Assembly: GCF_011386835.1 (NCBI RefSeq)
Contig: NC_088793.1
Coordinates: forward strand, 200,384,001 to 200,448,000
Length of the DNA stretch: 64,000 nt
Origin: Chrysemys picta bellii
Lineage: Eukaryota
Direction of reading: 5' to 3'
Positions 37,633-50,485 of this stretch are shown piece by piece (the stretch's first letter is position 1; each line of letters begins with the position of its first letter). The notes beneath the pieces are model-generated. The model was given only the letters and a program-made list of their open reading frames with translations. It did not search any database and was not told the DNA's origin. The position numbers were made by a program, and so were the translations under genes.

Positions 37633-38280
37633 ATCAGACAACTGATTAATCAGTTTGAGATAGGAAAGTGTCTAGTTCCTCAAGGGCAAAAATACTGTTA
37701 TAGTTAAATGCAACTCTGCATTTAACTAGGCTGTTCTGTCTTTCACACAGAGACACACTCACGGACTGATCAAGAATATTTTACCTGAATATTTTACTCA
37801 CTGGTAAATTTCAATATAATTCATAAATAGAAACTTTGGGCCCGAACCTCAGCTGGTTTAAATCAGTACAGCACCCCTGAAATCCATGGAGCTTTGACTA
37901 TTTTCATTAGCTGAAGATCCTGCCTTCTGTCCCTGCTGCTGAACAGATTTTATTTTTTAAGCTGTAGGTTTCAGTATACCTAGAGCCCAATCCTTCACCA
38001 TTACAGACAATGGCAATGGTTCTTTGACTTCACTGCTGCAAAAGCAGGCCCTAGCAGAACTAGAAGTACTGACAAATTAGTTGGGACCAGGCTAAACTTA
38101 CTCAAATGTCACGTTTAGCCAATTATAAAGATAAATTCAAGCTATGAACTCTCATCCACACCCACGGTGATTTTGGAGATTTTGGTCCAGACCATCTCTA
38201 ATAAATAAGAGGTGCAGGGAGAAGTTCCTTAGAAGAAGAAATAGTAGTCACAGTCTACTGCATATCATATATACCTTTTT

Positions 38281-38365
38281 TATTCTTTAGATGTCTCCCA
38301 TCCAAGTACTGACGAGGACCAGCCTTGCTGAGCTTATGAGACCGTGCAAGATCACAGTGCTCATA
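38281..38365 (-). pseudogene. 5S rRNA-derived sequence (5S pseudogene or SINE3/AmnSINE head)
   Basis: Reverse complement ...AAGCTCAGCAAGGCTGGTCCTCGTCAGTACTTGGATGGGAGAC...GAATA aligns to vertebrate 5S box A, IE and box C. Confidence 0.8.
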
Positions 38366-38479
38366 CAGTCTGTCTACAGGTTAGGGACTTTTTTTATTAA
38401 TAGAAATAACAATGTTAAATTTATGTTTGCAGTGTTGAAGTCGTGTTTGTCCCAGGATATGAGTGAGAATAAGGGCCAT

Positions 38480-38658
38480 GAGGTAATCTCTTTTATTAGA
38501 TCAACTTCTGTTGGTGAGCAAGACAAGCTTATACAGAGCTCTTCTTCGGGTCTGAAAAAGCTGAAGAACACTTTTTCAGACCTGAAGAAGAGCTCTGTGT
38601 AGCTCAAAAGCTTGTCTCTTCCACCAATGGAAGGTGGTCCAATAAAAGAGATTACCTC
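38480..38658. mobile_element. Penelope-like terminal-repeat palindromic element with degenerate hammerhead motif
   Basis: About 80-90-bp imperfect arms around a 10-nt loop (38561-38570); HHR-like AGAC-CTGAAGA-A-GAGC..GCTC-AAAA-GCTT-GTCT at 38578-38617. Confidence 0.85.
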
Positions 38659-38953
38659 GCCGTCCTTGTTTCATTCAGTGTTTTATTGATATTGTTCTGC
38701 AGTTGTTCAGATAGAAGATTCATAGTGTGTGATAACAAGTGCAGGAATCAAACCAAGGGTTCCACATAAGAACTATTTCAGAACACTATCAGAGAGCCAC
38801 AAGAAAAAACATCAATATACAGTCAAGAGAGCTGGTAGCAACCCTATATTTAGGTCACCTAATACTTTTTCACATTAAAGATTCTTCTGACCTTTTCTTT
38901 GACAAAAGCAGGCCTTTGATATTCTGCAGGGAGATGCTCCTCAGGCTACAGAA

Positions 38954-38986
38954 GTGTGTGTGTCTATATATATATATATATACATA
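38954..38986. repeat. (GT)n(TA)n microsatellite
   Basis: Directly visible. Confidence 0.9.
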
Positions 38987-39929
38987 TATTGTCCTATGAA
39001 ATTGCACTCTCATGTAACTGAGTTACAATGTGTTAAAAATCACCATTTCCTATTGCTTTCCTTGGGAAGACTTACGCAGCCTCCCCAAATCACTAAATAT
39101 GCTCTCAAGAGCAACCTTAATTTGGCCATGGTGTGAGCATGTATTATTATCCTTAAGTACATGATAATGTATTATTTTTTCCACAGGACCCCCTACTTCA
39201 TTCAGTGCACAGAGTGGATGTACAAGAGGGCCAAATTAAGGCTGCATGGACAAATATAAATTTGGCATTTCCTAACTTTTGAGTATTTAAATTTACAACC
39301 TAGATAATGTTCTTTTAACATAGTATTGTTTTTTGTTGTGTGAGCGTGTTCATGCAGCTGTGTGTAATAGACTATAGAGAGCATTTAAAAAAAATAATAT
39401 TACATGTGTATAAATATAAATCCACTGGGAAACTAAGGCATTCATTTCCTAATTCCCATGGGGACTTGAGCACCTAAATACCTTAGGCTGCTTTGAAATC
39501 TCAGCCACAATAATTAAGATCAGCCATTGCTATGAGAGAGAAGCAACATGTCTGCAGAACATAGAAGTATTCTCTGTAGATCACCCATCTAAATACTAAA
39601 CAGGACACCGTCTGCTTAATTTGTAAAAATCAGACAAACTCAAAACCAGTCAGAATATTTGTTCTCAAACCTGCAGCTTGCTCTCCATTCAATTGTGACT
39701 GACTATGTCCTCGTAATCTGGTCATCCTAGGATGCACTTGTGTAATTTGAGTTTCTTGTACAATCAGCTATTTGAAAGTCAGTTTCACAACTTGTTACAC
39801 CGTTAGCTTTCTAGTTTTATAAATCATTGAGATGGTGACTAGTTGAAAAGTCCTGGCGGATTCCTGTTCTGGAAAAATAGCAAAGAACACTTTAAAATGT
39901 TTTCAGAAAGTAGGAAAGGCCAGAACATA

Positions 39930-40081
39930 GGGGCTCCAATTCAACAAAGCACTTATGCACATGCTTAAGTTCATTCCTATTTAGAAAAGCATTTATGCAC
40001 ATGCTTAATTTTAAGTATTTGCTTAAGAACCACTGGCTTAAAAGTTAAGCACATGCTTAGGTGCTTTGTTGAATCGGGGCC
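39930..40081. mobile_element. AAGCACATGCTTAA-type hairpin MITE
   Basis: Ends ATTCAACAAAGCAC / GTGCTTTGTTGAAT; related pieces near 34830-34890 and 57375-57480. Confidence 0.75.
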
Positions 40082-42799
40082 GTAGAACAGAATGGCCATG
40101 TCAACCAGATGTACAGTGGACTAGATTTTCAAAGCTATTCAGGGGCCTAAAGATGCAGAAAGGCATCTAGCAGCATTTTCCAGAGGAGTTTTAGGCACCT
40201 AAACTGCGTGGAAGCTGGATCTCCTACTACAGAGCAACGTATTACTCTCCATTATGCCCATTTTTTATGACGGTTTTTGTTTGTGAAAGTTTCTTCTTAT
40301 AAAGCTGGTTTCATTTTGTTACAACTTGATCATGATTGTGTTTTAAGTTAAAAAAAAGATTTTCATAATAAAGGAAAAGATATATAAAATGTGTGACATA
40401 AAAGTAGATGTAATACATTCACCAGCATCAGCAGTATACCATTTAATAGATATACACAAATTTTGATTGTCGTGAATCCGGTAAAAGGATTGAAGATCTG
40501 CAATATTTTCTGCAATTTTGCAAAAATAAAAGTAAAAATATGATGCACATTTTGATCAGTATAGTAGAACTCTATGATAACAGTCTAATTAATATTACAG
40601 AATTTCAGTTTATTCATTATTAGCTCTCCCTTGCATTGCTTTAATGCTGCCCCTGGATGTGTGGTGTTGCATAAATATAATTACGAGAATCAATTCAATA
40701 GACGATGCTATTTCCATATTATTATAAGGAGACTGCAATATGAAATGACCACACAGACAGCTTTGTATTTTTCAATTCATAGTGTAATTAAGTTTAATAC
40801 TGATTCAATGAATCTGGCCATGAATGAAATGCAAATTCTGGACATCATTGTTCTCTGCTTATATGAGACAAAGGTCATTCGTAAAAGTTAGCATTAACAG
40901 CAGTTGCCCATTCATATGGGCAATTAGTAGAACAGGGTTCTCCACCAGCAGCTCAGGTTCTCTGGATCATGAACAGAAGACTCCATTAGCAACTATGACT
41001 TAAAAAAAAAATACAAGCATTTTGAAACAGTGGTTTTCTAGTTAAAATATTATGTAAAAATAAATAAAATGTATTATGTTAAAATAAATAAAATAAAATA
41101 ATATGTTTTCTAGTTAAAATATTCTTTGAACATTTTCATATTTCTCTTTTGCTGTTTGGCTTTATTCCTATTGTAACAAGTACACACCTGGAAAATGCAA
41201 ATCCGTAAGACCCCACTGTCATTTTCTGCACAAGTACTTAAGGCTGGACTTGATTCTGAGAATTTTAACTTCCCTTATTCTATATACATATGTGCCCAGA
41301 TAAGTGTCTAAAACCTAGATATGTGGATTAACGTATCTGAAATTATCATGCCAACACATAGGCATGTTTTTGACTTTACTACGGGACTGCTCATGGAAAC
41401 AAATGAAGTGTTTAGAAGATCAGGGACTAGGTTTAGAGAGTCAGACAGATACCATGTCTGTTCATTAGTTACGCTGTTTTTATGTATAGTAACACCTGGC
41501 AAATACACACGTCTGATTGTTTTCCTTATGTACGTTTATCAATTCCATTTCATAGCAACAGGACCATGTTCCAGGCACTGTATTTATGGGAGACTGCATT
41601 TCCCAGGTAGTTAAATTCAATCACGCTTCAGCCTCATGACCAATAGTACCAGCTAAAGCAGCAATGATAGCCCCCAAATGCCCCGCTCTGTCACTTCTTT
41701 TTGCCTGAGTAGTTAGCATTTAATCAACCTGTAACACCTCAAGCAGTAACCATGTAACAAAATCAAATCAGATACAACTGATACCCAGAAAAGCATTTAA
41801 CAATATTTACATTCAGTGTTTGAATGAAACAACAGGTTTTTTTTTTCCTCTTGAAAATGCCTATAAACTGACAATGGGCCAGATTTTCAAGAAAGCTCTC
41901 ACATTAGGGGCTCTATTTTCAAAAGAGCTCCCTTTTACACATTAAAATAAGCAGGCAGATTTAAACAAACAAACAAATAAGTAAGACAGGCTTGTCTACA
42001 CTCCACTGCAGTGCAGACTACAGTGGCGGTGGGATGACTTGCAACATGCACACACACAATCCAGAGTACAGCTCTTTAGGGTTCCTCTCCCAGCCCGTAA
42101 AAATGCAGCTTTGGTGTTGAGCTCTTTTCTGTGGTGAGAAGGTGTTCGTTCACCTGCTCCCCTGCTCAGTTCCTCAGCCTCTGTCCCCCACTGCATAATG
42201 CTTTAGTAAGAGTTACCTTGTGAATTTGACATGATAGATTAAATTCATCCACATGGGGTGAGTGGATTGCTCTTTTTATAGTTGAGCTTTGAATCTAGAA
42301 TCACACAGGTTTGAACAGATCCCTGGAAGACAATTTCCGAGGCAATAAAACAAAGCCTTTAATTCCTTCCTTTGGATTTCAGTGCAACTCAACCAATGAT
42401 ACCATAGTTAAAGTGGAGTTTATATTATGACTTCTCAGTCTACTGTATGAGCAAAATAATGGCTTGGATATTTTATTTCTGCTCAAAAAACTATACAATT
42501 ACCTAACTGTCCTTTGGATAATGACATAAACAGAAGTTTTTATTCCCCTTTGTGACTCATCCATCTCAAACATCAGACACTGTGGATAGAATATAAGATG
42601 ACTCTAAAAGGGGAACTTTCAGGAACAAGTCCCCATTCCTGCCTGCCTCTCCTTTCATTGTAGCTATTTGGGAGACAAGGTAGGTGAGATCATATCTTTT
42701 ATTGGACCAACTTCTGGGAAAAGCATGGCTACAAGAACATTGCACACTGTAGATATGTGACATCTCTTTAATGCAATGACAAAAGGAAGCTAAAAGGCA

Positions 42800-43100
42800 G
42801 CCACTTCGGCCATCGACGCTTACCGGAGATCGACGCTGCTGTGATCAATGCAGCAGGGGTCGACTTAGCGGGTCTGGTGAAGACCCACTAAATCGATGGC
42901 AGAGCACTCTCCGGTCGACTCCAGGACTCCATCAGAACGAGAAGAGTAAGGTAAGTTGACGGGAGAGCGTCTCCCATTGACGCAGCACAGTGTAGACACC
43001 GTGGTAAGTCAACCTAAGCTACGTCGACTCCAGTTACGATATTCACGTAGCTGGAGTAGCGAAACTTAGGTCTACTTACCGCGGTAGTGTAGACAAGGCC
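42800..43100. mobile_element. PIF/Harbinger-type MITE, left end truncated
   Basis: Right TIR AGTGTAGACAAGGCC; related to 15318-15602 and 51678-51983. Confidence 0.85.
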
Positions 43101-43399
43101 TCAAACTTAAAATGGAAAATGGAGTTTAATACAGCCATAGCACTTATAAATTCTACCATTTAGGTCTTCTGTTTTCAGCACATATAGTAATGCTGTGTTT
43201 AGCTGCCCCAGTGACCTAGTAATAACTCGCTACATTCCCATATGGGAAGTTTGAGCAGGAAACCCTTTTTTATCCTGGATTGGCACTTTCAGGTCATGCT
43301 GGTGAAGCAACGAGCCATATTCTCCAGGGTTGGAGTAGTCAGGAGAGTGTTAAACTAATAACAAAAGGTGAGGATAAAAAGAGGGAGATATGAGCACTC

Positions 43400-44340
43400 A
43401 TTTAACACAAAATCAAGATGCTGAGAACAAAATTAATCAAGGAACCAAAGGACATGAAGAGAAGAAATTCTTTAATTGCCTATACACCAGCGCTAAGAGA
43501 ATCTGGGTAACAAACAAAAGGAACTCTCATTTATAAGACTCTCATTCTGTCATGAAAGTCCCAGATTCTGTGACTTTCCGAGACCTCTGGGACTTCTTCT
43601 GGGGCAGGGCTGGAGCAGCTGGAGCCCCAGAGCTGCCAGAACCGTGGTCCATGACTGGAACAGCGGCTGGGAGTGGATCAGCCCCTGCCGCAGGAGCAGC
43701 CTTGGGGCTGGAGTAGCTGCAAGTCTCAGCAGCCCTCTGTTTGTCCACCACCAGGGTATTTTTTTGTAGAAGTCAGAAACTGGTTGGGGGCTTCTGAGAA
43801 TTTTTGTTTATTGCTCTCGATCTGTCCCTGACTTTTACTAAAAATAACCATGACAGAATCGTAGCCTTACTCATTTATGAGCATACATTTGATTTCGTTG
43901 GTATTACTGAAACCTTGTGGGATGAGTTGCATGATGGGAATGTTAAAATCAATGGTTATAACTTATTTCAGAAGGATTCCAAGGCAAAAGGGGTTGAGGT
44001 TGACACTAGATGTCAAAAAATGGCATTACCTGCTTCCCAGTCTCTGATAACTTGGAAGAAAATGGACCAATGTCCTAACAGATAGAGCACAAGACAGGGT
44101 ATTAGTTGGTGTCTGCTACAAATCACCGAATCACATTAGGGGACAGGATGTCTCTTTATGCAGCTATCTATAATGTGTAGTCAAAAAGGCTGCTTTACCA
44201 TGGGGGACTTCAATTTGAGTGACATCTACTGCAGGTCAAATGATGCTATTACTGAAATATCCTTGGAATTTCTTAATAGTATAGATATGACTAAAACTGT
44301 TGAATCCAACATGGGATGGGAGGATTCTATATTAGATCTA
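43400..44340 (+). mobile_element. CR1 ORF2 endonuclease-region fragment
   Basis: LLIYEHTFDFVGITETLWDELHDGNVKINGYNLF and MGDFNLSDI (APE motifs); interrupted at 43534-43869. Confidence 0.9.
43534..43869. mobile_element. hAT MITE nested in CR1
   Basis: TIRs TAAGACT..ATTCTGTCATG / CATGACAGAATCGTAGCCTTA; perfect 8-bp TSD CTCATTTA at 43526-43533 and 43870-43877. Confidence 0.92.
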
Positions 44341-45649
44341 TAAAGCCAGAATGGGGTAGGCGGAGTTCCTGCTCCACACTGCTCCTGCTGGCAGCAGGCT
44401 TCCAGACAAGTGGCCAGGCCAGAATTTAGCCCACAGGTTTGAAGAAGTTTGTCTAATTGATTTTATAACAAAGAATCCAACACATCAACCGGTACCTGAA
44501 CAGCCAGCATTACTAAGTGTATATAAAGTACTGCTAGAAAGAAATAATGGATTCCTTACAGTGTACTCCAGGTCATGGGGTCAGATTCTGATCTGGCTGC
44601 CTGTCAGTGTAAATCTGGAGTAACTGACTGTAGCTGAGATCAGAATCTGGCTCATTGCGGGTCAGATTTCACCTGGTCTTTGGAAGAGAACACCAAGAGC
44701 CTTCAACCATCTTGCAACCCCACGCAAGTGCTGGGTACAAGGAGAGCCCTTGAGATCCAGGAAGTGCAGAAACTTCTCTCTCTTTGCCCCTAGGCACCCC
44801 AGCAAAGCAGAGAGCATGCTGCACCATTTAAAATGGAGACTGCAACGTGTGCTTAGGCGCTCCTCTGTGGGCAGGGAGATTTACACAACTTATCCCGCGT
44901 TATTGCATGCATAACTGAGGAAGGAATTTCAGCTAATAATTGAGCTAATAATCATCCAGCCAGGAGGTCCATCTTTCTCCCATTCATCTTCATGGCAAAA
45001 GGGACCTGTTTACAAGACACAGAGGCCTTTAATAAGAAGCTCAGTTTAGAGGAGGAGAGAAATAGTGAGATGGACTACAGCACAACGCATTTAGGGCTCG
45101 ATCCTGCAAGGTGTGCCAAGCACTCTGGCTCCGATCCAGCATTTGATCACCTACTGAAGTTCGAGCATCTGGATAGTTCCACCAAAGTCAATGGGACTGT
45201 CACACACTGAAGGCAAGGCACTTTGCTGCATCAGGCCAGAGTGCTCAGCGCCCACACTGCTCAGAGACCTTTAAAGCACAAGGCACAAAAATGAATCTAG
45301 CAAGTAAGAGAGAGTTCAGCCTTTACGCACAGCAACACTTATCTTTCAGTTCTAACATGACCGTTCAGCATTTAACTTTTGAAATGTCTATAAATAACCT
45401 TTGAAAAGACTTGTGCTGAAATTTCAAAACTATTCCACACACTGAACACATGCCAACCACAAAAACATCGCAGAGAGCCAGGGAATCCAGAGGCATTTTA
45501 TTTTCAACACAAAATCCTTCTCAGTTTATTATACAAATACTGACTGTGATTTTTTTTTTCATGTAGACTCCTCCCAGTTTTTTTCCTGGCATAAACTTTT
45601 CACCATGACCTTTGAAATCTGAATTCATTTTTGCTTCTTCACCATAAAG

Positions 45650-45890
45650 TGGTGGGAAGGATTAACCAGTGGTTATGGCACTGGATAGGGACGAAGGTGA
45701 TCTGGGTTCAACACCTAGCTCAGCCATCGACTTTTTTGTGTGATGTTGGGCAAGTCGCTTGATCTACCTTGTGCCTCAGTTCCCTATCTGTAAAATGGGG
45801 ATAGTATTTCTTTATCTCACAATGGTGTTGTGAAGATAAAATCCATCAATGAATGTGAGGCACTATGGTGTTGAGTGCCATATAAAACAT
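45650..45890 (+). mobile_element. MIR-like CORE-SINE, near full length
   Basis: tRNA-like head (AGTGGTTA...GGGTTCAA), core GGGCAAGTC...TGTGCCTCAGTT..CATCTGTAAAATGGGGATA-like, then tail. Confidence 0.8.
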
Positions 45891-46836
45891 GTCTATTCAG
45901 GTGTAAAATAAACTCACTTGGGGGGGAAATAAAGAAGTCTCCAGAGAAAATCTTGCTACAGTGGTTTTAAAACAATGTCATCAATGCACTACTTAAAATT
46001 GTTTTATTTCCCCATTGCCACCTGGAAACTAAATTCCTCTGGGTGTTCTAATTTCAGGTTACCCTTACAGTCTGCTTCCAGTTTCATCTGATAGAACATA
46101 GTAAACAAAATCCTACCAAGACTCATTCATTCATCTCAGATGCCAAAAATATGAAAGCAGAACTGCTGAAAAGTTTTCCAGAAGCTATGAATAGTGTATG
46201 AAATTTCATTTGTGAGGGTTTTTTTTATAATGGTGGGGGAGGGGAGCCTCAAAAAATCTTTTTTCATTCTGCAGCATGCAATACAAAGAGATGCAAACTC
46301 TCCCCAGGCATTAACATTTTTCACAGTGCTACCGAAATCAGAAGGGGGATGAAAGTGGGATGTCTGAAGAAGTGTGGAATGCTACAGAGCATATATATAT
46401 ATTGCTCAGAAGTTGACAAAAATTGGTATTCACAGAGAGAAACAAGTATGGAGAGAAAGTAGATGAGACTCAACCCAAAGGGGGAATTTGATGAGTACAA
46501 TATAGCACAGCACAGCGGAAAAAAATAATCTGTAAAATGGATGTGATTTTATACACAGCATAGCCAGTAACCACAGTGTGACAATTATTCCAAACTGAAA
46601 AAGATAAAGGGATGGGTTTATGTTCTCAGGGAACATTGTCCAACAGAACATGGGCCTGACCCAAAGCTTACTCAGGTTAATACAAGATCTTCCACTGATT
46701 TCAAAGGCTTTTCATTAGTGCCTAAGAAACCAGCTATTTATTATACTCCTACTGATCAGTAGATTCTCCTTTTTAACCTTCCCAAGAGACATGTTGATTC
46801 TTGAATTGACTAGGACATACTCTGTACGTTCTGTAG

Positions 46837-47274
46837 CATCGGTCCCCAAACTGTGGGGCGTGGCCCTCTAAGGAGGCACAGAGGAATGTTTTGGGGGGAG
46901 GAGCGCAATGGGGCCAAGGCCAGCCCCTATAGGAGGCAAGGAGGGAGCGCCACCCAGCCGGGCTCTGTCCCCAGCCCAGCTCCGACCCCAGCCATGGTTC
47001 CACTCTGCCCCTAACCCAGCTCCAACCCCAGTCACAACTCTGCTCCGGACCCAGTCCAGCTCCAGACCCAACTGCAGCTCCACTCCATCCCCTGCTCTGC
47101 CCCCAGCTTTGCTCTCATTCCCTCTCGACCCCCAGCCCAGCCCTGCCTCTAGCCCCAGCTCCACCTTTAGCCCCAGCTCCTCTGCTGAGAAAGCCTTGTC
47201 TGTGCAGTAATGGAGGGTAGGCTCAGACAGATTCCATTACTGGAGGGGGGAGAGGAAAAGTTTGGGCACCATTT
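46837..47274. mobile_element. hAT MITE with CCCCAG-rich interior
   Basis: TIRs CATCGGTCCCCAAACT / AGTTTGGGCACCATTT; TSD TTCTGTAG/CTCTATAG (6/8). Confidence 0.8.
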
Positions 47275-50200
47275 CTCTATAGTGTGGCAAATCAGGTGCG
47301 ATATTAAGCTCATTTGAGACCACACCGCATGGGGGTAACGTCTACTCTCCAATTCAGATCCTGAGCCATAATTTTATTTGCTGACAGACAGTCTCATGCT
47401 CTCAGCGACTAGGAACACTAACTTAATCTCTCCAGGCCACATTCAATAAGAGCTTCATCCTGCTTTGGCAAGATGGATGTTTTATTTGAATTTAGTTTAG
47501 TTTCTGCAGGCTTTGTCGGAGCAGAATCTGGCTAATTGCAGAATACAATACTGATAGAAACCCAGGCTACGTTTAATCTAGTATCTTGTAACCAACAGTG
47601 GCTTTAAAAAGCTATTCCAGAGAAAGGAGGAATAATCCATAATACACCAGGCTAATTGCAGAATACTATGCGGAGAATTTTTTTCCCTGCCCAAGTGATT
47701 AGCACCGTCTTCCTGAAACTGGAGGATTAGTGGATAGTCCTTGCAATTTCTAACCTAGCTAGTATAATGGCAGATGTTATTCTTATTCACTTAAGCATGC
47801 TTTATATAACCCTACATGCTTTATGAAACATAAAAAGCAGGCAGCCAGAGGATGGCCAGTGAGATCATATGCAGTAGCGAGATAAAAATAGCATCTGATT
47901 CAATCTCCTCATATAGAACATAATTTCTGAAGCATGTATATTTAATGAGGAGTTACAGCAAAACAATTTCTTCCGCACTCCCCAGTCGCGTTTCGTTCAC
48001 AGTCTAGTAATAGGGCCTTTCCCTGTTTAGCTGAAATAAATAAAAAAAACTGGACGAAGAAAGGAAATTAGAAATGGTCACTTTAGATTGATTGAAGCAC
48101 AGGGATAGGTGAGCAAATATTTATTGGTCTGATCCTCTCACCTGTTTTCCAGGCACCAAATCAAATGATTCATTTCGGGCGAGTTGAAGACCTATGATCT
48201 GCCTCTTTCCCTAGTGCACTTCCTTTTTCCTCCCTCCTCCCGCCCCCCTTGCCCACTTCCCACCTGCACCTCTCCTTTTGAGTTCTTGCATACCCCGGCT
48301 CAATACTGAACATGGAACGTACCAGATCCCTGGGAGTGCCCAAGCAGACAATGATGCAAAGCAGAGGCCTGGGATCTAGTGGCAACTTCTCTCTGAAAGT
48401 CAGCAGCTGGGTCCTGAAATCCAGATGGATATCACTGCCGGGCATGTGGGAAGAGGCCCTTCTTTGCAGTCTTCTGCCCATAGAGTGTAAGGTCTGGGGC
48501 TTCCCAGAATGCCTCATTTCTTCTTGTCAGAGGGAGGAAGCGTCCCCCAGGAGGCCAGGGAAAGATGACCATGTCCTTGGAGCATCACAGTTTGGATAAG
48601 CATCCTTCTCTTTTTTTCTTTTTCAGTTCTTTCTTCCCTTTACCCCTCCTTTTCCCAGCTGCCCTTACTTTAATATTACCCCCATCCCTCATTCGCTACT
48701 AAAGAAGAATCCTCTGCTTCCATATAGGGAGTGGCCCACCCCCACACTTCCTATCAGATGGGTCAGAATCTGCAGAATCTGCTCTCCCAAATGAAAAGCA
48801 GGCTCTCCACTCATCTCAGTGTGCCTTGCCCTTCTCAGGGTGGTTGGTCAGCACTTCTGAGTAGAAATGCCTGCACAGCCTGGGGGAGATGCCACTTTGC
48901 CGTAGGAGCAGAGAAAAGCAGCAATATGACCCCTTCTCACTGCCTCAGCTCCCAGAGTCGGGTACTTGGACCCTTTGTGTTGCCCCAACGTGGCTGAAGC
49001 GGGTATGTTTGTCTTATGTCTGGAGAAGAGAATAAGCGCCAATAGCGCGACGTGTATTAGCTGATCCAAAGCCCACCGGAGTCCATCGGGAGTCTCTCCA
49101 CTCAGTTCCATGGGTTTTGGATCAGGCTGGTAGTGAAAACCCTGTGAGTTTTTACCAAACACTATGAACCAAGGAAAATATAAACTAAAGTTCATCCCGT
49201 GACTGGTTCTATTAAAAAGGAGACAAGAGAGGTGGAAGGAAAAGAGGTGGGGGAAATATTGCCCTACCACAGCACGGGGAAGATAAAACCCAACCCATGA
49301 ATGACTGAAAGACACTCACACACCATGGTGATGACAGCCATATAAAGTGCCTAGACAGGCTGAGCTTTGTCCTTCCATTGCCATTTCTCCCCGTGCCATG
49401 TCAGATTTAGATGGTCAGTTCCTTAGCTCAGGAACCATGTCTGCAAAGTGCCATGTGTACCAATAGCAAGGTGTCAACAGTTAACAGCGATGAGATCAAT
49501 CATTTTGATGATTTCCTCTTGTGACTGAGCAGTTTTTAGCGAAGAAGAAGTAGGAATGCATGGACTGAATTTGCCTGACGCTACTCGATATTGTGTTCAA
49601 ACAAAACAAGTTTGGAAAGTGCTATTTAAACAATGGAATCGAATCGCTTGCAATCTGCTGTAGATGTGACATTGCTTAACTCAGAGTTAATGGATATGAC
49701 TGCTGGATTAGGAGAGCATGGACACGTGAAGAGAGAGGAATATGAGCCAACATTCAAGTGATGTGTTGCAGATTAAGAAGGGAAATTATTTAAATAAATA
49801 CCGCGAAAGATAAAATCTGTCATGAAGAGGGATAAAAAGCACCCACCTGTTGGGAAATATGATTTTAGAAAGGATGCACAGAGTAAAAGGATACATTTAG
49901 GAAGACAAAGTATAAGTGGCCCCTATTTTAAGTAAAAAGAACCATGTTCTGGGTGCTTATCTACCTTAGGTACTCATACAGCCTGACCAGCAAGAGAATG
50001 GCTCTGTAGCCCATGGATTCAGGGCCTCTCCTAGAAGACCCAAGTTCAAGACCCTGATCTCACTCAGGCAAAGGGGGTATTTGAACCTGGGTCTCCCATA
50101 CCCTGAGTGAGTGCTCTAACCACTAGGCTATAGGATAAAAGGGAAGCTCCTCCACTTTGCTTTCTGTGAGAAAGGGCTGATGGGGCTTAGGTGCCTAACT

Positions 50201-50380
50201 TCAGGAGAGGGTTCACAGTCATGAATCCCAGCTCCTTGCTCAGCTGCATGGCTGTTGTGGACCCCATTTTTCAACACCTGCATGCATTGTAGAAGGAGCT
50301 GTGGATTCCACTGGGCAGCAGAGCCCCTAACAATGAGATGTTGCAATCCTGAGTCTAAGTCCCCTTTTCTTCCCTACCAG

Positions 50381-50485
50381 TAAGTGATTTGCCCAAGGTC
50401 ACACAGTAAGGCTGTAGCAGAGCAGAGTGTTGAAATTGGGTCCCTACCTTGTAAGCCAGCACCTTAACCATTGGACCATCCCTGC
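50381..50485 (-). mobile_element. MIR-like SINE 5' half
   Basis: aagtgatttgcccaaggtcacacag...accttaaccattggaccatcc is the reverse complement of a MIR head and core. Confidence 0.75.

Noticed and set aside
45650-45730. tRNA gene
   Set aside because: Only a degenerate tRNA-like SINE head; no cloverleaf. The same applies to 50030-50120 and 52900-52975.
46773-47210. Pro/Ser- and Gly/Leu-rich ORFs
   Set aside because: They come from CCCCAG-like repeats inside a hAT MITE.
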